The notes below the pieces were generated by a model. It did not search any database. It saw nothing but the letters and a program-made list of their open reading frames with translations, and was not told where the DNA came from. Of a DNA stretch of 64,000 nt, positions 55,785 through 64,000 are shown piece by piece. This DNA comes from Chrysomallon squamiferum (taxonomy: Eukaryota > Animalia > Mollusca): contig CM022670.1 of the NCBI GenBank assembly GCA_012295275.1, forward strand, positions 27,466,001 through 27,530,000, in the 5' to 3' direction. Every line of letters begins with the position of its first letter. Within the stretch, counting starts at the first letter, position 1. A program made the position numbers and the translations under genes.

Positions 55785-58700
55785 GTGAGTCAATTAATAT
55801 TTTGTGTCAGTTAATTTTATACGTTTTACAATGTTCAACTTCATTTACCATGTGGAGTCAAATTATATTTGTTTTCCTCTGCCTTTCATATTACTCAGTC
55901 TGATCAGAGTTTCTGTTATGATTAGTTGTTTTGTTTGTTTCCTTGAATTTTGGTATAAATAAGTTAGAATGTTTATATATTACTGCATATTACAATATGT
56001 GTAATAATATTTTACAAAATCAGATCATAAGAGTCACTGTCATTTCATTTTATTTTTAATTGCAATTTCATGTATGAATGAATGGTTAATTATTCACAAC
56101 ATCTGAACATGTTTTATTATTAGTTCATCAGTTATTCAGAATAAATTATTAATAATTAAATTTCATTTATTTATTTTTTGTATATATAACATAGAATAAT
56201 CCAGCTGCTTCAGTATCATCATTTTATGAACTATACTAACAGATATTTGATGAATATGTTTTATTAGCAGTTGAAGATTTTTTTGTTTCATATGCACCTT
56301 TCCCACATAACAATTTTTTTATTTTTTATTTTTTTTTTATTTTTTTTTTTTTGAGATAATATAAATTATGGTGTTAGTTTGAAATTCAAATTTTTTTTTT
56401 TTTTTTTTTCCAGCTAAATGAATCCATAAAAATGTTTTATGTACTTTACAAAACAATTTTAACAAAACTTAATTTACATTGACTAATAATGACCAAAACT
56501 CAAAAATATCTAAAATACAAGACATTTTGTGCTTTTTTATTAAAATAATGAATGAAAAAGCAGAAAAAAGCTAAATCATTAAAAAAGAAAGAATATAATT
56601 TATTTAAAAGTTTAGATATTTACAAATTAATATATTTTTGTATTTTCAAAGTTATAGTGACTTTATAAAATTGAAAATGTTCCAGTTTTTCTCATGTCCG
56701 ACTCAGCTGTAAAGCAGAGATTTAAACAGGATCAGCTGACAGCTGGCATGATTACCACTGCTAATAAATAATAATAATTAAAAAAAATTACTATTTGATC
56801 AGGGATGACATATTTTCATTGTGATATATACCAACAACAGCTGCTTTAAGCTGATGATTTAATTAAAAACAACTTTCACAAAGAAACTCTAATTTCTAGC
56901 AATAAAATATAAACAATGTACAAAAAGTCAATTATTGATTGGGAAGAATCAGAATAGGCTTTAATTATCTTTTTTTAAATTTTATTTATTTAAAGTAGCT
57001 AAGGTATTATAACATTTTCAGATAGAAGCAAAGTAGTCCATGAATGGTAGGGGTGGGAAATATGTGTTTATTTTATTTAAAGAATTTCACCATGATTGTG
57101 GAAAAACATTATATATATATAAATACATGCATATACATTATATATATATATATTTATATATAAAACATAGAATAATCCAGCAGTGTATAAATAAAAAGGT
57201 CATAATCTTTAATTAACATTTTGATTGACAAACACTAATCAAAAGCAAAGCAAAATACTTTATATGTTTTAGTGTATCACACTGTATTACATATATGACA
57301 AAATACAACATGATATATAACAATATGATAAGACACCACAATACATCACTGCTTATGTCATACTACCACATCATACGATATCAAACCATGTCATACTATA
57401 TACCACATAGCATACCATAATTATTATCATGCCAAACCACATGACACAATTCTGCATACAATGTGGTGTATTTTGCAGTTGGTCTTGCTATACTAGTTCT
57501 TATTGTGCATATTAAACCCTACCAGCGAGGATTCTTCTGTGATGACCAGAGTCTGATGCACCCATTCCTGGAGGACACAGTGCCTGTCTGGCTTGTGGGT
57601 GTGGTAGGGCTCTTCTTGCCTGTCATCTGTGTAAGTGTGTCATTCTACAACTTTCCTATATTTTATATTGTGTCAAAATGTTTTCAAAGTAACAATTTAC
57701 TACTTTTATTTTATTATTATTATATATATCATCATAGTTATGGTCTTTGTTCAAAATGTCACTCCATCATTCATTTTTTTCAATACTTTTTTCCTTCTAA
57801 TTATCAAAGTTTTTTTCTTCTTCCTTTTCTTATTATTCTCTTTATATTATTATTATTATTTTTTTTTTTTTTTTTGTTGTTCTTCTTCTTCTTCTTTTTT
57901 CTAATTTTCTTTCCTTCCTTCATTTTTCTTTGATATTTTTTCTGCTAATTTAATTTTTTTTTTTTTATTATTATTAATATTATTCTTATTATGTTCTTTT
58001 TTCCAAATTTCATTCTATCTTCCATTTCTGTTTTTTTTCATATATATATATATATATATTTTTTTATATATTCTAATTTTCTGTTTCTTTTCATCATCGT
58101 CATTATTTTATTTAATCAATTCTCTTTCTTTACATTTCTTTTATTTTTATTTTATCTTTCATTTATTGATTTTCCTAGAAATAAGACTATCAAATAATAA
58201 TGGTGTCTTGTTTAATTTGTGTTTTAAAATATTTTTTTTATTGTATTGTTGTTATTGATTTCTAAGTAATTGAGTTCAGATTTATTATCATCATCATTAT
58301 CATCTTCATCATTTTCACCATATTCATTATATTTTTATTATGATTATTGCTGCTAGTATTACTACCACTACTACAGCTACTACTGCTACATCTGCAGCTA
58401 CTACTACTGTTGTTACTATTATTATCATTACTGTTGTTGTTGTTGTTGTTGTTTGTTGTTATGAAATCTTTTCCTATTTTTATTTCAGATACTGTTAACA
58501 GAAGCAGTGTTGGTTAAAGAAAAGGATTATGTGATCCTGCCTGGTGACATTTTTACAAGAACACGACGACCATACATAGAGAGATGTTACAGGATAATTA
58601 CTGTGTTTGTTTTTGGAATTGCTGTGACTGCATTTGTCACTGAACTTGGAAAATATTCTTTAGGTCGTCTGCGACCACATTTTCTTGAAGTCTGCCAACC

Positions 58701-59569
58701 GAACTGTACATCTGCAAACACATTTGTCACACACAGTATTTGTAAGAACAATGATCTTAAGAAAATTACTCAAGCCAGGTTTGTACTGCATATAATATAT
58801 TATTATTATTACTGTTATTATTGTTATTATCATTGCTGTCATCATCGTTGTCATCATCATTATCATTATTGTTATTATTTTTATTTTCTTTACTATGCAA
58901 CCTGTGTTTATTTTTGATATGTACAGTTTGAGGTTTCTGAGCAATCTAAGTGTTCTGTTGTTGTAAAAAAGAGATTTGGAAATAAACGAATGAAGTGAAG
59001 GGAATGCTTTTATTTAACAAAACACTAAAAACATTTTTAATACTTTAGTATACAGTCAATCACATTAAATTAAGTAGTAAGAGAGAAAACCACCTGTCAT
59101 CTTGGGTTATTCTTTCTGATTAACTTCAAGAGATCTTTTAAAGGCACTGTCCTATGGACAGGATAGTACACACCATGGCATTTGTTGCAACAGATCTGAA
59201 ACTCTGGTTGGAATGAGAAAAAACTCAGTGGGTACATACAAGGGGATTGATCTGGCAGTCCACTGCATTTTGAGCAGATATTCTGTCACTGACCTACACT
59301 ATGCTAACATGAAAAATAATTAAGTGTATATTTTTGTCCAAATTGAATGTCCAGGAATACTCTGTATTAAAAAGATAGCAAGAGCCTAAAGTGTGGGTTT
59401 TTTTGGGTTTTGTATAACACATGTTTATATTAATTTGTTTTTTCCTGTCAAAACTGTGTGGTCAATATTATTGTTTTGATCAATTTCAGGTTATCATTTC
59501 CTTCAGGCCATTCATCTTTAGCAGTTTATTGTATGCTGTATCTTGTGGTAAGATTTATATTAAAAAAAT

Positions 59570-59605
<36 letters not shown>

Positions 59606-60435
59606 TATATTAATTTAAAAAAAATAGTATTACATTTTTTTTTTTTAAATTATTAAATGCACATTTTCCAGAATATTCTGAATCACTAAATATAATATGT
59701 ACATGATTTTGTCTTTTGGATATATTTCTATATTATTATTTGTTTTACTAATATTTGAATTACAACACAAATGTAAAAAATGTAGATAACTTTAATGAAA
59801 CAAATAGTCTTGAAACTTTATGTTTGCACATTTTGGGCAGTTAAATATTATTCTGTAATAAATTTCAGGTGTACATTCAGGTAAGATTGCATATACCTGA
59901 GTATCACCTGGCAAAGCCAATACTTCAGCTGATTGCCTGCTCCCTTGCCTTGATCACCTGTCTCTCCCGAATTTCTGACTACAAACATCATCCAACTGAT
60001 GTACTCGGTGGGGCCCTGTTAGGGTGTGTCATTTGTGTGTCAATTGTGAGTATTTAAATGTCAACTACTATTAAGAAAAGTGTATGTGTATGGATGCAAC
60101 TTTTTATATGTATTTGTGTGTATATTTATTAATGTTGTTTACATTTTGTATATGTGAACATATGTTTTTATGTATCTGTGTATATATGTGTATGTTTTTA
60201 TCAGCTATATAGCTTTTTAAATTAAATATTTTATTCTGTTGTAATAATTTGGACATTATAACTGATTTGATTAAAACTATTTTCAGTCATTAAGGATTAT
60301 GAATTTTTTTTTTTTTTTCCCCAGATTGGAAGTTTGTCGGGACTGGTCGCTGACAGTAGGTCATACCAGAGTTTACAGAATGTTTCAGACAGAGAGAGGA
60401 ACACATATCACCTTGCAGATTCAGATGAAGTAATA
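55727..60435 (+). CDS. Phospholipid phosphatase (PAP2/LPP, wunen-like), complete spliced gene of six coding exons
   Basis: Exons join in frame; PYQRGFFCDD plus all three PAP2 catalytic motifs intact: C1 KYSLGRLRP, C2 SFPSGH, C3 SRISDYKHHPTDV. Confidence 0.94.
57479..57630 (+). CDS. PLPP-like exon 2
   Basis: ttgcag|TT GGT; GLAILVLIVHIKPYQRGFFCDDQSLMHPFLEDTVP...PVIC; |gtaagt. Confidence 0.93.
58489..58778 (+). CDS. PLPP-like exon 3
   Basis: tttcag|ATA; ILLTEAV...TELGKYSLGRLRPHFLEVCQPNC...ITQA; AG|gtttgt. Confidence 0.93.
58995..59300 (-). mobile_element. Degenerate tRNA-derived SINE in PLPP intron 3
   Basis: On the - strand it begins with a tRNA-like head GTGTAGGTCAGTGACAGA...AGATCAATCCCC (A/B-box-like). 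Its body (gacaggatagtacacaccatggcatttgtt) recurs degenerately elsewhere in the window and resembles, from memory, an abundant gastropod SINE. Confidence 0.65.
59490..59547 (+). CDS. PLPP-like exon 4
   Basis: tttcag|G TTA; LSFPSGHSSLAVYCMLYLV; |gtaaga. Confidence 0.93.
59869..60045 (+). CDS. PLPP-like exon 5
   Basis: tttcag|GTG; VYIQVRL...CLSRISDYKHHPTDVLGGALLGCVICVSI; |gtgagt. Confidence 0.93.
60325..60435 (+). CDS. PLPP-like terminal exon
   Basis: Long T tract + ccag|ATT; IGSLSGLVADSRSYQSLQNVSDRERNTYHLADSDEV-TAA. Confidence 0.8.
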
Positions 60436-61850
60436 ACAGCAGCTTCAGACGACCTGAACATCATGGTAAATTAGATTTACACTTCAAAGTTTAAACAACA
60501 GTAGAAGGAAAAATAATGAAGAATCAGTTAGTTTTCTGATGGTGTCACATCATGGTATATTACATTTTATGCCACACTGGATGATACACAATAATATCCA
60601 GTATGCAATAGTGTTACATACAACAACAAAATGAAAAAAGTGTAATTTTTATTGGTTATTTAATGGTTATTTCTGCTGGTAAATGTAAAATATATGTAGT
60701 ATATTTTGAAACACATGACTGTTTTTGATTTATATGTATTCATATATTAATAGATTTTATAAATGTATTGAATTACTTCTAGTGCTAAATATAATTGTTA
60801 TGCATATATATTTCAATTAAAAAAATGGTTACTTATAATGAAAGTATTGGTTAAAAATATTTTAAATTACATGTATTAAACATACACTTTTGTTTATTGT
60901 TCAGTTATATATTTTCAGTACATTATTTCAATATTTTTTCCCAAAGATATATGTTTAAAAGATAATGCTGTTATGTTTTTGTTTTTTTTTATATTTACAT
61001 TTCAAGGTTTTATATATTATAGATCATAAATATTTATTTATATCCTTTTTTTAAATTTTTAAATACTGAATGAAATTGTCATATAGTACATATAATTAAT
61101 ATTCAAAAAAATTACGTGTCCAAGCATAAACAGTATAAAATTGCTTCTTACACATTTTCTATGAATTGCTGCTTAATTTTATTATTATATATTTTTTCAT
61201 TATTATTTCAAATATGTAACATTTATGATTCAGCTTGTTCTGTTCCTTATTCCTGTTATGCAGAATTGTTATTCAACATACTGGTATTGTTGGGGTTTTA
61301 TTATTATTTCGCATAATAAATATATTTATATATAATATGCATATTTTGATTTTGCCTTTATCTTTATGTTTGACTGAATATATTTACTATAAAAGTATAT
61401 ATTTGGGATTGTTAAGAATAATTTTATATACTGCGTTTGACATTCAAAGCATTGTTTATTTTATTAAAATTGTTTTAAAGGCAGACTGCTTTCTTATTTT
61501 TTCTGCAAATTGTTTAAATAAATTGTTTAAAAAAACCAACAAACACAAATTTTTTTTAACTTTTATTTACATTATAAATAATTATAATAACATTTCTTGT
61601 GTTATGTTCGAATATATTATAACTACACGTACATCAAATTGTTCTCCAAACTGCGTCCAACTGAAAACGTTAAATAAAGTAAAATTTTGAGTATCAAATT
61701 CCACGCACAGGTATTTTTTTTTATTTTTTATTTTAATGCCATCATAGTAACTTTTTAAATTTAATTTTTTTTTTTTGGGGCAGTTTGTTTTTCTTTGATC
61801 CATATATTTTTAAAATTTTCGTTTACTTTTTTTAAACCGATTTTTTCGCT

Positions 61851-62110
61851 CTACTGTAACGACGTCGTCGGTGGTGGGAATGGTAAACTGCAATAAACGC
61901 TGCCGTCGATGAATCGTGATCTGTCGTGCCTTTGGTTCAAATCGTCTTTTATCTGATCCACGGATTTCTTTAAAGACTTGATGAAGATGACGTATAATGC
62001 CAGGAAAATGGACAAAAGAATTATAAATAGCGAACACGTGACTGGATTCAGATAGAGAAGTGGGCCTTCAGCCCTGTACATCCATCCGTCGTAGTTTGGA
62101 TTAGCTCGTT
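61851..62110 (-). CDS. CTLD-protein terminal exon (TM helix + cytoplasmic tail)
   Basis: tttaatctag|AA CGA; same frame as ORF 61851..62123; ~20-residue hydrophobic segment followed by KSLKK. Confidence 0.8.
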
Positions 62111-63615
62111 CTAGATTAAACACAAAAGAAAAAAAAGATTTAACTACTGCTTAAAAATTTAAAATTTCCAAGGGAAATTAGTGCTTCGGTTTAAAAATTA
62201 TATAAAATAATATGCGAAATTGCAAAGGAATGGTAATGAAACGATAAATGTTTCACCGCATGATTAATCGACTGAATGCTCGATTATCGCCGTAATTACC
62301 TTCGTCCTTGACACTAGGCAAGACTCGGATTGGAGGATGTCCGTGTCCGGGACCGGCTCTCTTACGACGATCGTTAGCGGGCTGTTGTTCTAAACACTAG
62401 AAAATTAATACACTTCATTCAGTACTTGACAATTTGTAAATACGTTTTATTATTAATATAAGTTAACTGTCAGTTCTCAGCACTAGAAAATTAATATACT
62501 TCATTAAATTGCTTAACAACACGTAAATACCTTTTATTATTAATATAAATTAACATTAAGTTCTAAACACTAGAAAATTAATATACTTCATTAAATACTT
62601 AACAACTTGTAAATATATTTTATTATTAATATAAATTAACACTAAGTTCTAAACACTAGAAAATTAATATACTTCATTAAATTGCTTAACAACAATTAAT
62701 TAATTTATTATTAATTAATATTTATTAGTAATGTTTAAAACATAGAAGATTAACAATACTTTATTATTAACGATTATATTTGGCTGTGTGATGATGTTAA
62801 ACATAAGAACGAGAAATTAATTAATGAATAATTGTACCAACAACGCTTGTATGCATTTTTTTAACATTAGTATTTATTAGCTGTCACATAATTGTGAAAT
62901 GAATAATGAAATCTGCTGAAATTAGTCCGTGGTCTGTTTCATCTATAAGCTGAAACATTTTCAGACAAGAAAGCATGTACCATATTTGAAACATGAGTCG
63001 ACTGGAACAGGAAACAGCTAAATGAACGCACCTACACAGATTAAGTCCTTCCATCCACGTCACCTCGATCTAGGTAATTTAACTTCTAACTTTTAGTTTG
63101 TACGGTTTTTATTTCTGGAAAAATTATTTGAATTTTTTTTACATGAGTGTTTTTAAAATGTCAGCTAATAAGAATGGTATGTGTATTACTGAGAATGCAT
63201 TGTGAGTAAATTAATCGCCTGAAAGGTGATACAGTCGCAGTTTTTATTTATTTCATTGACAGTTATAATTTTGTGTGTATTTGCGTATTTGTACAAATCT
63301 CTGCCTCTTCGCTCTCCATACACACACACACACATCTTAATGGATATAAATATCAAACGGAAAACTATAATAATAATATTTAAAAAAATAAAATAAAATA
63401 ACAAATCCTGCACGGATCCACATACATCGTGTATGACGTTGTCAACGTGAACTGAGATGAAGAATTAACAGAATTACCTGCGGCGACTTGCACGCGTCGG
63501 TCTGACACACGTATTTTCGTTTTTCATAACACCTGTAAGTCGACGTCCACTGCCCATTTGCCCCCAGGAAGACACACCTGTCTCTCTCCCTGGGGCGAAA
63601 ACCTCCGTCAAACAT
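61851..63615 (-). CDS. Type-I membrane protein with C-type-lectin-like domain (3' three exons; 5' part beyond window)
   Basis: Exons 63478-63615, 62300-62396 and 61851-62110 join in frame: MFDGGFRPRERDRCVFLGANGQWTSTYRCYEKRKYVCQTDACKSPQ/CLEQQPANDRRKRAGPGHGHPPIRVLPSVKDE/ERANPNY...TCSLFIILLSIFLALYVIFIK...GSVYCSLPFPPPTTSLQ*. Confidence 0.78.
62300..62396 (-). CDS. CTLD-protein stalk exon with RRKR furin site
   Basis: ttttctag|TGT TTA GAA...GAA G|gtaatt, 97 nt, phase 0-1. Confidence 0.75.
62388..62695. repeat. 86-87 bp minisatellite, ~3.5 copies, overlapping a splice acceptor
   Basis: cactagaaaattaat recurs at 62395, 62481, 62568 and 62654. Confidence 0.9.
63478..63615 (-). CDS. CTLD-protein exon encoding the end of a C-type-lectin-like domain
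   Basis: cttacag|ATG...CAG|gtaatt, 138 nt, phase 0-0; pattern C-V-x-L-x3-G-x-W-x5-C-x6-Y-V-C-Q is typical of the CTLD C-terminus. Confidence 0.75.
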
Positions 63616-64000
63616 CTGTAAGTATATGACCTTATTTATTTAAATAATGAAAAACTAAAGTCAACCTGAATAACAATTAAGTATCCGTTTAAAAAATGCA
63701 GAATCTTAAAATAAGTTAAAAAATAAGAATTGAGTTTGTGATATACGTAAATAAATAATGCTAACTTAAATAAAAAAAACCTGTAAATTAAAATATTTGG
63801 TCGAATTAATGAAACACAAGACTTATAATCTGCATGACTAATGAAATGTAATGTGTAATGTCAAAACTTGAATGGCAACAGTATCAGCTAATAATAATAA
63901 TAATAACAACAACAATAATAATAATAATAATAATAATAATTCAAGCAGACAGTATTTTTTTTATATAGTAATAACAAAAATAACAACACCAGTAACATAA

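Overview
Very AT-rich, microsatellite-dense animal genomic DNA with GT-AG introns. The repeat style suggests a gastropod mollusc, but that is inference. Five protein-coding genes can be reconstructed by hand. (1) The first coding exon of an SLC10-family Na+/bile-acid cotransporter-like gene (- strand, 4757-5452); its other exons probably lie left of the window. (2) TRAPPC13 (+, ten coding exons 33044-42383); its first coding exon was not found, so the SLC10 gene is probably nested antisense in a >33 kb first intron. (3) A SPRY + SOCS-box gene with one coding exon (SPSB3-like, -, 48751-49560) and a uORF-rich leader. (4) A complete six-exon PAP2/phospholipid phosphatase (PLPP/wunen-like, +, 55727-60435). 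(5) The last three exons of a type-I membrane protein: C-type-lectin-like domain end, RRKR furin site, TM helix and ITIM-like tail (-, 61851-63615). Most notable non-obvious signals: a candidate 9-nt TRAPPC13 microexon, a minisatellite that quadruplicates a splice acceptor, helically phased motif clusters at 44.1 and 45.2 kb, a perfect RFX X-box, a perfect DR4 element, and sharp CpG-depletion domains that track gene bodies. Most short ORFs in the supplied track are low-complexity artefacts. All coordinates were read by eye; no searches were run.
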